Positions 7,077 to 17,803 of a DNA stretch of 42,179 nucleotides are shown in pieces. The translations under genes were made by a program, and so were the position numbers. Numbering within the stretch: the first letter of the stretch is position 1; the number at the start of each line of letters is the position of its first letter. Origin of the DNA: an uncultured Anaerolineaceae bacterium (lineage in GTDB: Bacteria; Chloroflexota; Anaerolineae; Anaerolineales; Anaerolineaceae); assembly GCA_964624615.1 (NCBI GenBank), contig CAZUZM010000003.1, forward strand, positions 3,241 to 45,419. Direction: 5' to 3'. The notes below the pieces were generated by a model. It saw only the letters and a program-made list of their open reading frames with translations, was not told the origin of the DNA and ran no database searches.

Positions 7077-7731
7077 ACGCTTCGATCCCGCCCTGCTTCC
7101 ACCCTTTCCGACCCTGGAATTTGAAAGCGCGCTATGGCAGGAGGGAAATCGGATCGTCGCAGGCGTGGATGAAGCCGGCAGAGGTGCCCTGGCAGGACCG
7201 CTTTATGCCGCGGCCATCGTTTTACCACCCGATGAACCTGACATAAGTCAAGTTCTTTTTGACGTGCGCGACTCCAAACAACTCAAACCTTTTGACCGTG
7301 AGCGCTTGGCACCCATCATCACCGAGGTCGCCTTGGACTACGCCATTGCCTGGCTCGAAGCGGATGAAATTGACGCTTTAGGCATGGCACAAGCCGGGCG
7401 ATTGGTCTTTCAAAAGGCTTTGTCAGGACTAAAAATAAAGCCTGATCATGTTTTAGTAGATTATTTCACCATCCCAGCACTTGAAATAGGTCAAACCAGT
7501 TTGGTGAAAGGCGATCAGCGCTCCTTGAGCATCGCCTGCGCATCTATTTTGGCAAAACAAGCCCGTGACGCGCGCATGGTTGAAGAAGCCAAACGCCATC
7601 CCGGCTATTTTCTCGCCGAAAACAAAGGCTATGGCAGCGCTGAACACATCCAAGCCATTCAGACTTTAGGACTGGATGCCATTCACCGCAAAAGTTTTTG
7701 CGAAGGCTTGATGCAACTTTCATTATTTTAG
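7069..7731 (+). CDS. rnhB: Ribonuclease HII
   Basis: AGVDEAGRGALAGPLYAAA and ASILAK motifs. I chose the GTG start at 7069 (VPKRF), which overlaps the GT2 stop by 8 nt. The track ATG at 6994 lies deep inside the upstream gene. Confidence 0.9.
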   Translation: MPKRFDPALLPPFPTLEFESALWQEGNRIVAGVDEAGRGALAGPLYAAAIVLPPDEPDISQVLFDVRDSKQLKPFDRERLAPIITEVALDYAIAWLEADEIDALGMAQAGRLVFQKALSGLKIKPDHVLVDYFTIPALEIGQTSLVKGDQRSLSIACASILAKQARDARMVEEAKRHPGYFLAENKGYGSAEHIQAIQTLGLDAIHRKSFCEGLMQLSLF

Positions 7732-7752
7732 TTTTTTGTTGTAGGAGACGAT

Positions 7753-8550
7753 ATGAGCGAACAAACCCCACACATTTCACCCCTCGGTCGGCTGGCACGC
7801 CGCGCTTATGATGGCTTGAAGCGCATACCCGAACTACCCGCGGCTTATTGCCACCCCTGGCGGGGTGAATCGCGCCGCAAGTTGGCTTTACTCAAGAATA
7901 GTCATAAAGGTGAACGCTGTTTTATCGTTGGCAACGGACCTTCGCTCAAAAACACTGACCTGAGCAAACTCAAAAATGATTTTGCGATTGGCATGAACCG
8001 CATTTTTTTAGCCGCGGATGAACTCAATTTCAAACCGGATGTGCTGGTGTGTATCAACGACTTGGTTGTGGAACAATCGGTAGAAGACTTCAACGCCTTG
8101 CAGATGCCCAAATTTTTCTCTTGGCGTGCGCGCAAGTGGCTGCACATGGACGACTATACCCACTTTTTGTACACCACTTACACTGAACCCAAGTTTGCCA
8201 CCGATATGCGCGGCAGAGTTTGGGAAGGCGCCACAGTCACCAATGTTTGCTTGCAACTGGCATACTATTTGGGCTTTTCTGAGGCGGTTTTGATTGGCGT
8301 CGACCATAGTTTTGCTACCAAGGGCACACCCAACACCACCGTCCAGAGCCAAGGAGATGACCCTAACCACTTCTCAGCCGCCTATTTTGGCAAAGGCTTC
8401 AGATGGCAATTGCCTGACTTGGAGACCTCCGAAATAGCCTACCGCATGGCACGCCAAGCTTACGAGGCTGATGGGCGCAAGGTGCTGGATGCAACCATTG
8501 GCGGTAAGCTGGATATTTTTGAAAAGGTCGATTTTGACAGCTTGTTTTAA
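7753..8550 (+). CDS. DUF115 / MptE-like family protein
   Basis: CFIVGNGPSLKNTDLSKL...GMNR and GVDHSF are typical of the DUF115 (Maf/MptE-like) family. Confidence 0.6.
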   Translation: MSEQTPHISPLGRLARRAYDGLKRIPELPAAYCHPWRGESRRKLALLKNSHKGERCFIVGNGPSLKNTDLSKLKNDFAIGMNRIFLAADELNFKPDVLVCINDLVVEQSVEDFNALQMPKFFSWRARKWLHMDDYTHFLYTTYTEPKFATDMRGRVWEGATVTNVCLQLAYYLGFSEAVLIGVDHSFATKGTPNTTVQSQGDDPNHFSAAYFGKGFRWQLPDLETSEIAYRMARQAYEADGRKVLDATIGGKLDIFEKVDFDSLF

Positions 8551-8817
8551 CACTGGATGCCAACAGAGGAAGCATTCCCCATGGATTCATTCCGACGATG
8601 GAAAATAATTCTTAGTACACTATAACAACATTGCCATGTAGATGTTTAACGGCTTTGCATCTTTAGCCATAATATCACGAAAAGACACTATTAACAAATA
8701 TCTTCGCCTATACTGAGTAAATTTGCAGGGCCAGATTAGAGCTAAATTTAACAGAAAAGAAGCCTGTTTTCACAAGCTCCTTTTCATTGATCGTATAGCT
8801 ATTTAGCTAAGCCAGTC

Positions 8818-10710
8818 TTAGCCTTCAGTAAACTCACCATCCACCACGTTTTCGTCCGTGTCAGGTTGGGCTTGACCGGGCATGCCTTGTTCAGCCGCAC
8901 CTTGGGCTTGCTGATAAGCTGCGGTGCCAATGGCTTGCATGGCTTCGTTCAAAGCGTTACTGGCGTTGGTAATCGCGCTCACATCATCACCAGCCAATGC
9001 GCCACGCAGTACCTGGATTTTGGCATCGGCGTCGTTGCGCAAGGCAACGTCCACCTTGTCACCCAGTTCGCGCAGGCTCTTTTCGGACTGGTAGGCCAGG
9101 CTTTCGCCATGATTTTTCGCTTCAATCAACTCGCGACGGCGGTCGTCTTCAGCCTTATTCATCGAGGCTTCACGCACCATGCGTTCCACGTCCTGTTTAT
9201 TCAGGTTGGTCGTGGCAGTAATCGTCACCGATTGCGCCTTGTTGGTGGCTTTATCCTTGGCGGTTACGCTCAGGATACCATTGGCGTCAATGTCGAAGGT
9301 TACCTCAACCTGAGGAATGCCACGCGGCGCGGGCGGAATGCCTTCCAGTCGGAAGCGTCCCAGGGTCATGTTGTCATTCGCCATCGGGCGTTCACCCTGT
9401 AAAACATGGATGTCGACCGCAGTTTGGCTATCCTCGGCGGTTGAGAAGACTTCGGTCTTCTTGACCGGGATGGTGGTGTTACGCTCGATCAGGCGGGTCA
9501 TCACGCCACCTAGAGTTTCGAGGCCCAGTGAAAGCGGGGTCACGTCCAAAAGCAGCACGTCCTTGACTTCACCCGAGAGCACGCCACCTTGAATGGCGGC
9601 ACCAATCGAGACGACTTCGTCCGGGTTGACGCTCTTGTTAGGCTCTTTGCCGTTGGTGTGTTTCTTGACGAAATCGACCACCATGGGCATACGCGTGGAG
9701 CCACCCACCAAAACCACTTCATCAATCTTATCGATGCCAATACCGGCATCTTTCATGACCGCGTTAAAGGGAATCAAAGTGCGTTCCATCAGCTTTTCAG
9801 TCATCTGCTCAAATTTCGAGCGGCTAAGCTTCAGCAAAAGGTGCTTGGGTCCACTGGCGTCTGCGGTGATATAAGGCAGGTTGATTTCCGTTTCAAGCAC
9901 AGAGCTCAGTTCAATCTTGGCTTTTTCGGCGCCTTCGCGTAAGCGTTGCAGCGCCTGACGATCCGTGCGCAAATCCACGCCTTGTTCTTTTTTGAACTCA
10001 TCGGCTGCCCAGTTGACAATCACATTGTCCCAGTCATCGCCACCCAAGTGGGTGTCGCCGTTGGTTGCGCGCACTTCCACCACGCCATCGCCGACTTCAA
10101 GCAGCGAAACGTCAAAAGTACCACCACCCAGGTCAAAAACAAGAATGGTTTCGTTTGCCTTTTTATCAAGACCATAGGCAAGAGCGGATGCGGTTGGCTC
10201 GTTGATGATACGCATCACTTCGAGTCCGGCAATTTTGCCTGCGTCTTTGGTCGCCTGACGCTGGCTATCGTTGAAGTAAGCCGGCACGGTGATGACCGCT
10301 TGGGTCACTTTTTCGCCCAAATAGGCTTCGGCGTCGGTTTTGAGCTTTGCCAAAATCATCGCGCTGATTTCCTGAGGGGTGTAGCTTTGGTTGGTGGCGG
10401 GGATTTGGATTCGCGCGTCACCTGTGGGGCCTTCCACGACCTTAAAGGAAACCATGTCGCGTTCACCGGCAATTTCGTCATAGCGACGGCCGATAAAGCG
10501 TTTGACGGATGAAATGGTGTTTTCTGGGTTCACCACCGCCTGTCGCTTGGCAGGGATGCCCACCAGCCGTTCGCCATTTTTGTTAAAAGCTACCACGGAG
10601 GGTAGTAAGCGCGAGCCTTCTGAAGTGGGAATAACGACGGGAGAGCCGCCTTCCATCACTGCAACCGCGCTGTTTGTTGTTCCTAAGTCAATACCAATTA
10701 TTTTTCCCAT
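8818..10710 (-). CDS. dnaK: Molecular chaperone DnaK (Hsp70)
   Basis: [17 protein letters not shown] and [10 protein letters not shown] signatures across 630 aa. Confidence 0.98.
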   Translation of the reverse strand: MGKIIGIDLGTTNSAVAVMEGGSPVVIPTSEGSRLLPSVVAFNKNGERLVGIPAKRQAVVNPENTISSVKRFIGRRYDEIAGERDMVSFKVVEGPTGDARIQIPATNQSYTPQEISAMILAKLKTDAEAYLGEKVTQAVITVPAYFNDSQRQATKDAGKIAGLEVMRIINEPTASALAYGLDKKANETILVFDLGGGTFDVSLLEVGDGVVEVRATNGDTHLGGDDWDNVIVNWAADEFKKEQGVDLRTDRQALQRLREGAEKAKIELSSVLETEINLPYITADASGPKHLLLKLSRSKFEQMTEKLMERTLIPFNAVMKDAGIGIDKIDEVVLVGGSTRMPMVVDFVKKHTNGKEPNKSVNPDEVVSIGAAIQGGVLSGEVKDVLLLDVTPLSLGLETLGGVMTRLIERNTTIPVKKTEVFSTAEDSQTAVDIHVLQGERPMANDNMTLGRFRLEGIPPAPRGIPQVEVTFDIDANGILSVTAKDKATNKAQSVTITATTNLNKQDVERMVREASMNKAEDDRRRELIEAKNHGESLAYQSEKSLRELGDKVDVALRNDADAKIQVLRGALAGDDVSAITNASNALNEAMQAIGTAAYQQAQGAAEQGMPGQAQPDTDENVVDGEFTEG

Positions 10711-10913
10711 AATTCTGTTCTCCTAATCTTTGTATGAAAAGAGTGTAGCGAGGCGATAATAGAGATGCGTTAACGAAAAGTAGGATTGATATTAATGGGT
10801 TGGCGAGGCTAATCGTATCGTTCAGAACGGTATTGCGACAGGTGGGCGCAGACAAATGAAGTCTGCACGCAAGCAGCGCCGTCGCGATGAAGATAAAAGG
10901 ACACCGGCGACAT

Positions 10914-10943
10914 AAAAAACCGCCCAGTCAGAGACCAGGCGGG
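10914..10943 (-). terminator. Rho-independent terminator of pgm
   Basis: The minus strand reads CCCGCC-TGGTCTCTGACT-GGGCGG-TTTTTT, about 30 nt after the pgm stop. Confidence 0.65.
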
Positions 10944-10973
10944 AATATTAATTTGGTTGTTTTCCTAAGTCGC

Positions 10974-12617
10974 CTAACCCTCAAACACCTTGTCGACAAT
11001 CTGCTTGGCTTCTTCTTGTATCCTGGCAAGGTGTTCAGCGCTTTCAAGGCTTTCAGCATAAATTTTATACAAATCTTCCGTACCCGAAGGACGTGCGGCA
11101 AACCAGCCCTTTTCTGTAGCGACTTTCAACCCACCAATTGGCGCATGATTGCAAGGGGCTTCGGTCAGCTTGGCAATAATGGGGTCACCTGCCAAGGTGT
11201 CTGCCTGAACCTGATCTGGCGACATTTTAGCCAAAATCTGCTTTTGGGCAACCGTCGCTGGCGCTTCAAAGCGTTTATACCAGCTGCCTCCCAGCTCCGC
11301 TTCAATTTCCTGGTAGCAAACACCCGGGTCCTTGCCGGTTACTGCCAAAATTTCCGCAGCGAGCAGGTCAAGTATGATGCCGTCTTTATCCGTCGTCCAG
11401 GTTTTACCGTTCAAACGCAGGAAAGACGCGCCTGCGCTTTCCTCGCCACCAAAGCCAACCGAGCCGTCTTCCAACCCAGGCACAAACCATTTGAAACCCA
11501 CCGGCACTTCGCAAAGCTTTCGTCCCAAGCGTTTGGTCACCTTATCAATCACCGAACTAGAAACCAAGGTCTTGCCCACCATGGCGTCCTGGCTCCATCC
11601 AGGTCGGTTTTGGAAGAGATAATCCACCGCCACGACCAAATAGTGGTTGGGATTCATTAAACCCACACCGGGTGTCACAATGCCATGGCGGTCATAATCG
11701 ACATCATTACCAAAGGCAACGTCAAATCGGTCCTTTAGCGCAACCAAATTTGCCATGGCGTAAGGTGAGGAACAGTCCATGCGAATTTTGCCGTCATAAT
11801 CAAGGGTCATAAAAGCAAAAGTCTGGTCCACACGTTTGTTGACGACCTCAAGGTTCAAACCGTATGTCTCAGCAATCGGCTCCCAATAGGCAACCCCGGA
11901 ACCACCCAGAGGGTCCACGCCAATACGCAAGCCGGCGTCCGCAATCGCCTGCATATTAATCACATTCTTGAGGTCGCGTACATAGGGCATAATCAGGTCT
12001 ATCATCTGCGTGGTGTCTGCCGCCAACGCTTTTTTCAATGACCAACGCTTGACGTCACACATACCGCCGCTAATAATTTCATTCGCCCTGTTTTGAATCC
12101 ACTTGGTTGTTTCGGTATCAGCCGGCCCAGCCGAGGGTGGATTGTACTTAAAGCCACCATCCTCTGGCGGGTTATGCGAGGGTGAGATAACCACACCATC
12201 ACCAATATTGTCTGGATGCGCCATGTTCCACGCCAAAATCGCATGGGAAATCACCGGCGTAGGCGTGTATTGGTTGCCCTGATGCAACCGCAGTTCCACA
12301 CCATTGGCAGCAAAAACTTCAATCGCACTGTAAAGTGCCGGCTCAGACAAAGCATGCGTATCCATACCCATAAAAAGCGGACCCTTTATGCCTTGTGCCT
12401 GGCGCAATTCGGCAATCGCCTGGGCAATCGCCAAAACATGGTCTTCGTTAAAACTGACGCTCAGCGAGCTACCGCGATGGCCAGACGTGCCAAAGCTAAC
12501 CGCCTGGGAAGCCACGCCGGGTTCAGGCTTTTGGGTGTAATAGGATGCCACGAGTTTGGGCACATTGACCAAAACGTCGATGGGTGCACGTTTTCCTGCA
12601 AGGGGATGAATGTTCAT
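10974..12617 (-). CDS. pgm: Phosphoglucomutase (alpha-D-glucose phosphate-specific)
   Basis: The active-site serine lies in TSGHRG. Also [22 protein letters not shown] and GEESAG. Confidence 0.93.
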   Translation of the reverse strand: MNIHPLAGKRAPIDVLVNVPKLVASYYTQKPEPGVASQAVSFGTSGHRGSSLSVSFNEDHVLAIAQAIAELRQAQGIKGPLFMGMDTHALSEPALYSAIEVFAANGVELRLHQGNQYTPTPVISHAILAWNMAHPDNIGDGVVISPSHNPPEDGGFKYNPPSAGPADTETTKWIQNRANEIISGGMCDVKRWSLKKALAADTTQMIDLIMPYVRDLKNVINMQAIADAGLRIGVDPLGGSGVAYWEPIAETYGLNLEVVNKRVDQTFAFMTLDYDGKIRMDCSSPYAMANLVALKDRFDVAFGNDVDYDRHGIVTPGVGLMNPNHYLVVAVDYLFQNRPGWSQDAMVGKTLVSSSVIDKVTKRLGRKLCEVPVGFKWFVPGLEDGSVGFGGEESAGASFLRLNGKTWTTDKDGIILDLLAAEILAVTGKDPGVCYQEIEAELGGSWYKRFEAPATVAQKQILAKMSPDQVQADTLAGDPIIAKLTEAPCNHAPIGGLKVATEKGWFAARPSGTEDLYKIYAESLESAEHLARIQEEAKQIVDKVFEG

Positions 12618-13216
12618 GCTTCCACCTCTTTCTCAAAGCCACCTTCGTGAATGATTTCTTGAATAGGCTTGCGTTGATTGGGTTGCTCGCGAACCTGGTT
12701 GTATTCCGAAAGCTCGCTGGGGTCACCATGATGTCCGATAGCAATCATGCACTGCGGCACAAAGCGCTCCGGCACATTCAACTCGCTTTTGGCGCGGTCA
12801 TAACTAAACCCGGCCATCGGATGCGCCACTAAATCCATGATACAAGCTTGCAACAACAAGTTTTCCACGGCTAATCCCGTATCAAAAGCATGCCAGGGAT
12901 TGGGCTTTCCGTTTGCCAAAAGCGAATCAGAGAACGCCACAATCAAAACCGCAGCTTTGGCACACCATTCTTGGTTCCCTGGTGCTAGCAACGAAAAGAA
13001 CTGCTCAAAGGCGGGGGTACCGCGATAGGCGTACAAAAAGAGCCTGTCCTGGATGTTTCCTGCGGAAGGTGCCCAGCGTGCAGCTTCAAAGAGGGTCATC
13101 AGTTGGTCAGGTTCGAGCGGCTCACCGCTCATGGCACGCGGCGACCAGCGGGTCAACAAAAGGTCTTGGATGGGATAATCTGGGCTTCGAAAGTCTTTAA
13201 CATCAAGTTTGGTCAT
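12614..13216 (-). CDS. Nitroreductase family protein
   Basis: RWSPRAM...[12 protein letters not shown]. Its stop overlaps the pgm start as ATGA. I preferred ATG 13216 (MTKLDV); GTG 13237 is an alternative. Confidence 0.85.
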   Translation of the reverse strand: MTKLDVKDFRSPDYPIQDLLLTRWSPRAMSGEPLEPDQLMTLFEAARWAPSAGNIQDRLFLYAYRGTPAFEQFFSLLAPGNQEWCAKAAVLIVAFSDSLLANGKPNPWHAFDTGLAVENLLLQACIMDLVAHPMAGFSYDRAKSELNVPERFVPQCMIAIGHHGDPSELSEYNQVREQPNQRKPIQEIIHEGGFEKEVEA

Positions 13217-13261
13217 GATAACAAGGTCCTTTCTCACTAAATCCCTGAATCTAAGCTTAAT

Positions 13262-13300
13262 AAAAAAGAAAGCTTGCCATCAAAAGCTGATCGCAAGCTT
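13262..13300 (-). terminator. Rho-independent terminator of the SIMPL-domain gene
   Basis: The minus strand reads AAGCTTGC, a 15-nt loop, GCAAGCTT, then TCTTTTTT. Confidence 0.6.
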
Positions 13301-13366
13301 GTTTTCTTTAGTCTGCCAAAATGTCAGGGTCTTCATGCCCTAATTCTAGCATATTTCAAAACAGTT

Positions 13367-14140
13367 TTACTTGATGCTATAGGTCAAAGTCACTTCATAG
13401 GTCACCACAATTTGACCTGCAGAAATCGGCACGGAGGTATCCATAGCCTGTTTTGCCTCACCGCCACCCATACCATACATCGGGTAAGGTTGAACATAGG
13501 AACTGTTGGTCACATTGATGGTAACGACTTGGTCGATGCTCACACCCATCGTTTCAGCAACAGACTTGGCTTTTGCTTCAGCATCTTTGAGTGCCAGGTC
13601 ACGGGCTTGTTCCTGCGCAGCTTGCCGGTTATCAATATCAAAGCTGATGCCGTTGATTTGGTTCGCGCCGGCTTTGATGGCAGCATCCAGAATCTCGCTC
13701 AGCGATTTGAGGTCGCGCACAGTAACATAAAGGGTATTGTCCACGTTATAGGTTACCCCAATGACTTCGTTGGTCATATGGTCATACTGTTGCATAGGAT
13801 AAACGTTGAAGTTAGCGGTCTGGATATCCTTTTCTTCAACGCCCTTTTTCTTGAGCGCTTCGGTGATGGCCAGGGCTTGTTTGTTGTTTAGGTTAACAGC
13901 CTCGCTCACTTCTTTGGCTTTGCTGTTCACACCCACATTAATGCGGGCAATATCCGGCACCAGGGTAACCATACCGTTACCACCAATGGTGAGCGTTCTA
14001 ATAGTTTGTGATGTTCCCAAGGCTTCAACCTTCTTTCCTGAATTGTCTGTTGGAACTTGTTGCAAAGGCCCACATGCGGCAACAAGTGCGGTGATGATGA
14101 CGACAACGGCAAGGAGCCGCATCCAATTTGAGTTTTTCAT
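13367..14140 (-). CDS. SIMPL (DUF541) domain lipoprotein
   Basis: Lipobox LVAACG. TLTIGGNGMVTLVPDIARINVGV and the C-terminal PISAGQIVVTYEVTLTYSI resemble the SIMPL family. Confidence 0.75.
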   Translation of the reverse strand: MKNSNWMRLLAVVVIITALVAACGPLQQVPTDNSGKKVEALGTSQTIRTLTIGGNGMVTLVPDIARINVGVNSKAKEVSEAVNLNNKQALAITEALKKKGVEEKDIQTANFNVYPMQQYDHMTNEVIGVTYNVDNTLYVTVRDLKSLSEILDAAIKAGANQINGISFDIDNRQAAQEQARDLALKDAEAKAKSVAETMGVSIDQVVTINVTNSSYVQPYPMYGMGGGEAKQAMDTSVPISAGQIVVTYEVTLTYSIK

Positions 14141-14267
14141 TTCTTTCTCCTGTTAATGACTTTCTTGTCTTGTTAACGAATCCTTAGCCGCTTTTGTTCC
14201 AAAATCTTAAAGCCAATCGCTTATAATAGAGCCATGCTGTTTGGCATGACCGTTTTTAGGAAAAATT

Positions 14268-15443
14268 ATGCCCATCAATTACGCTCACATTCATAATAAT
14301 CTCGATCATTTTGCGGATTTAACCCAAAAAAAGCTGGAAGAGCAACGTCAGGCGCTTGAAAAAGTGTTGTCGCAAATCGAAACAGCAGCGAGTGTACAGG
14401 CTGAGGTCGAAGCAGCCGTCCAGCGTGCGGAACAACAAGCTGGCAACCTCTATACCGCCAAGCCCAGCCACGAAGCCATGCTGGCAAGCTTCTCCTTGCC
14501 CGAATGCCCCAAATATTACACGCTCATCGCCGCCGATGGTTCGCAAATCAACCCCAGCCGCCACCGTGCCTTGCAGTTTTGCTTGATCAATGTCGGCTTG
14601 ATTCACGTGGAACATGGTTCTGGCGAGACACCCGTTCAGCAGGTCTTTAGCAAAATCCTCGACCAAGACGAACTCTATACCAACGAAGGGACGCTCATCG
14701 GCGAAGAAGAAGTCGCCCTACACCGTGACCTCTTGGAACGCATCTATTTGATGGAAGCTTTACCAGTAGCTATTGAAAAACCAACCATCACCCTCACCGA
14801 CGGGCCTTTGGAAGTCTTTACCGGACCAACCCTGAGTGGTGAACGCCGGCAAAAGGTACAAGAACAAAACCAGACCATCGAGCAACGCATGCAAGCGCTG
14901 GGCGTCATCAACGCTGGTTACATCGATAAACCAGGCGCGGAAATGATTAACCGCATGCTTGACCTTTTTGCCCAAAGTCAAAGTGCTTCCGACCGCCCTT
15001 ACGAAGCCAAAAAGCGCGCCAATAAAGGTGTCAGTGACCTGGCTATTTTCCAAAACCGTCTGGCACCAGGTGAACGGTCAGCATTATTTTATGTTATTTC
15101 CAAGAACGAGGCCAAACAAGAAGCCACAAAGGTCTGCTTTTTCTTACTCAATGTCAGCAACGATCCCGATGAACCCTGGCTGGCGCGGGTAGAATGCCCC
15201 GCCTGGCTTGCTGAAGACCCGGATACAATAGACATCCTGCACGCCGCGCTTTACCGGGATGCCCAGGTGCTCGACGCCATGCCCTATCCCTATGTGCTCC
15301 ATCGCGCGCACGAATTGGCGGTGGTCAATGTCGCCGAACATGACGAGGTTGAAGAAATGCTTATGTCCCGTCTGGACCATGACCAATTACCATCGGGTAG
15401 CATGTCGCACAAACAAAGTCTAAAATCACTCTCAAAGAGGTGA
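14268..15443 (+). CDS. NurA-like 5'-3' nuclease with N-terminal coiled-coil extension
   Basis: IAADGSQ (catalytic Asp), LTDGPL, GYIDKPGA and the C-terminal PYPYVLHRAHELA resemble NurA-domain motifs. Confidence 0.75.
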   Translation: MPINYAHIHNNLDHFADLTQKKLEEQRQALEKVLSQIETAASVQAEVEAAVQRAEQQAGNLYTAKPSHEAMLASFSLPECPKYYTLIAADGSQINPSRHRALQFCLINVGLIHVEHGSGETPVQQVFSKILDQDELYTNEGTLIGEEEVALHRDLLERIYLMEALPVAIEKPTITLTDGPLEVFTGPTLSGERRQKVQEQNQTIEQRMQALGVINAGYIDKPGAEMINRMLDLFAQSQSASDRPYEAKKRANKGVSDLAIFQNRLAPGERSALFYVISKNEAKQEATKVCFFLLNVSNDPDEPWLARVECPAWLAEDPDTIDILHAALYRDAQVLDAMPYPYVLHRAHELAVVNVAEHDEVEEMLMSRLDHDQLPSGSMSHKQSLKSLSKR

Positions 15444-15445
15444 GC

Positions 15446-16057
15446 ATGAACGAAGTCAAAACCATCCCAATAGGCAAACTCTTGCGCGCCGACAACCGCC
15501 AGTTTGTCGCCGGCTGTCGTGTTAAAGAGCTGGAAACGCCCGCGTTAGGCGGGCTGGTCAAAGCCAAATTGCAAGACCAAAGTGAGGTTTATGGCATCAT
15601 CACACGCATCAGCATCAGTGATGATGGGCTGGTGCGTCAATTGGCATCGGGCACGAGCATTCCGCCCGAATACACCGCCGACAACCGTCACAATCGCAAC
15701 CTGCCGGTGGAGATTGAAGTGCTTACATTGGGTTATGCCCGTGATGGACAGATTTTTCACCAACTTCCGCCCCGCCCACCCCTGAGTTTGGACGTGCTTT
15801 ACCTCTGTGATGATGATGACTTGGTCGCTTTTACCAAACATGGCAACAATCAAGCCTATCTGCGGCACATCCTGCGCCTGCAAGACATGCCCTTGGAAGA
15901 GGTTTTAGTGAGTCATCTCAAAAAAACAAAACAAGCCCACGATGCCCACGGCAACCCAGCTTGGTACACCCAGGCTTGCGAGCGCTTGATTATCTTATTG
16001 CGCGAAGATTACCCACGGTTGACCGCCGTGCTGGATGCCCTTTCAGCGATGGACTGA
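15446..16057 (+). CDS. Hypothetical protein, N-terminus resembles a HerA HAS-barrel
   Basis: ATG 15446 follows an AAGAGGTGA RBS, and the alternative GTG at 15440 overlaps the nurA stop. PIGKLLRADNRQFVAGCRV...GGLVKAKL...VYGIITRISIS parallels PIGFVSGG..LQVRLMV...GAFVVMDS...FYGLVTDLQLG in the downstream HerA. No Walker motifs are present. Confidence 0.55.
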   Translation: MNEVKTIPIGKLLRADNRQFVAGCRVKELETPALGGLVKAKLQDQSEVYGIITRISISDDGLVRQLASGTSIPPEYTADNRHNRNLPVEIEVLTLGYARDGQIFHQLPPRPPLSLDVLYLCDDDDLVAFTKHGNNQAYLRHILRLQDMPLEEVLVSHLKKTKQAHDAHGNPAWYTQACERLIILLREDYPRLTAVLDALSAMD

Positions 16058-16064
16058 GGTAAAA

Positions 16065-17801
16065 ATGACAGACACAAACCAAAACACCGCCTTGACTCAA
16101 ACCATGCAAAACCAACCCATCGGCTTCGTTTCCGGCGGTGGGCTTGAAGCCAACCTACAAGTTCGCCTGATGGTGCCCGCCCAAGAGGTGCAAAGCGGCG
16201 CCTTTGTGGTGATGGACAGTGGCAACTGGCGCTTTTATGGCCTGGTCACCGACCTGCAACTCGGTGCGGTAGACTTGCAATACGCCAATCAGCTCAACAT
16301 CAAGCGTTTTGACCCCGCCCTGTCTGCGTTGCTGAATCAACAGACCCTGTTCACCAACCTGGCTGTCATGCCAGCACTGATGTTGGAACGCGGTCCCGAG
16401 CTTGATTCACCGGACTATAGCGCCTGGCGTGCTTCGCTAACCAAGGAACCCAACCCCATGCCGGTCAAAACCGTACCTGACCATCACACCCCGGTGCGTT
16501 TAGCCGACAAAGCCGACATTGCAGAAATTTTCGGCGAAGAAAGCAAAACCGTTTTCCGCGTGGGCGAAACCCGCGAACAGGGTCATGGCGTTTGCCTGGA
16601 CCTCGAAAAGTTCGTCCAGCGCAGCTCTGGCATCTTTGGCACCACCGGCTCAGGTAAATCTTTCCTGGCACGCATGATTTTGGCAGGCCTCATCCACGCC
16701 GATAAAGCCTCCACGCTCATTTTTGACATGCACAACGAATATGGCATCGACTCAACCAGCTCTGATTCTGGTGCGGCTGTGCCTGGGCTAAAAGGCAAAT
16801 TTGATTCGAAAGTCCGTTTGGTTGGTCTCGGCGCGGATAGCAGTTTTCACAGCCGCCAACCTGATTTCACCCTTGAAATCGCCCACAGTGACATCATGCC
16901 CGAGGATATTCTGCTGCTCGCTGAGACACTCAACCTGACTGATGCCAGTAATGTAACCCTGGATGCACTTTACAGTAAATTTGGCGATAAATGGTTTACG
17001 GCTTTCAAAGACATGAAAATAGGCGCTGGCGCTTATGAAAATGATGAAAACGGCAAGCAAGTCCCCACCGATGGCAGCGTTGCCGCCTGGGCGAACGAAG
17101 CCGGCGTGCATGTCAAATCTGCCGAAGCCGTCCGCCGAAAGCTAGAAGAGTTGATGAACCGCAAGTATCTGGTCGCTGAACCCGCCCGAAACGCCTTGGA
17201 TGACGTCATCAACAATTTGCAAAACGGACGTCATGTGGTGCTTTCTTTTGGACATTATGAGAAAGATATCGACTACTTGATGGTTACTAATCTGATTACC
17301 CGGAAAATACGTGACACCTGGGAAAAAGCCACAAACAAGTTCCACAGCAAAGCCAAAGACGCCGCGGAACCTAGACCTTTGGTCATCGCCGTGGAAGAAG
17401 CTCACAAACTACTCAATCGTGAGATGGCTAACCAAACCATTTTTAGCACCATCGCGCGCGAAATGCGCAAATACTATGTAACGCTTTTGATTATCGACCA
17501 ACGCCCCTCACAAATCTATGATGAGGTCATGTCGCAGCTTGGCACACGCATCTCAGCCTCACTGGGTGACGAAGATGATATCAGTGCGGTACTTTCTGGT
17601 CTACCGGGACGTTCGAGCTTGCGTGGCATGCTCGCTAAGCTACAGCCGAAAGAAGAAGTGCTCATGCTGGGTTGGGGTGTGCCTATGCCCATTCCCATCC
17701 GCTCACGCCGCTATGACCAGGTCTTCTGGCAAGAACTTTTGGGTAAAGACGACAAAAAAGTCACCTCCGCCGCGGACGCCAAGAGAAACCTGGGCTTTTA
17801 A
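16065..17801 (+). CDS. HerA/FtsK-superfamily hexameric ATPase (DUF87-type)
   Basis: Walker A GIFGTTGSGKSF, Walker B VIAVEEAHKLL, and LLIIDQRPSQI. The N-terminus is HAS-barrel-like. ATG 16065 follows a GAGG RBS right after the upstream stop. Confidence 0.85.
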   Translation: MTDTNQNTALTQTMQNQPIGFVSGGGLEANLQVRLMVPAQEVQSGAFVVMDSGNWRFYGLVTDLQLGAVDLQYANQLNIKRFDPALSALLNQQTLFTNLAVMPALMLERGPELDSPDYSAWRASLTKEPNPMPVKTVPDHHTPVRLADKADIAEIFGEESKTVFRVGETREQGHGVCLDLEKFVQRSSGIFGTTGSGKSFLARMILAGLIHADKASTLIFDMHNEYGIDSTSSDSGAAVPGLKGKFDSKVRLVGLGADSSFHSRQPDFTLEIAHSDIMPEDILLLAETLNLTDASNVTLDALYSKFGDKWFTAFKDMKIGAGAYENDENGKQVPTDGSVAAWANEAGVHVKSAEAVRRKLEELMNRKYLVAEPARNALDDVINNLQNGRHVVLSFGHYEKDIDYLMVTNLITRKIRDTWEKATNKFHSKAKDAAEPRPLVIAVEEAHKLLNREMANQTIFSTIAREMRKYYVTLLIIDQRPSQIYDEVMSQLGTRISASLGDEDDISAVLSGLPGRSSLRGMLAKLQPKEEVLMLGWGVPMPIPIRSRRYDQVFWQELLGKDDKKVTSAADAKRNLGF

Positions 17802-17803
17802 CG

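Noticed and set aside
8866-10726. Several 70-190-aa plus-strand ORFs opposite dnaK.
   Set aside because: They are antisense shadow ORFs of a highly conserved gene. Their composition is low-complexity (Gly/Arg/Val-rich) and they lack RBSs.
10887-12650. 257-aa and 144-aa plus-strand ORFs opposite pgm.
   Set aside because: They are antisense shadows with no recognisable motifs. The pgm call on the minus strand is unambiguous.
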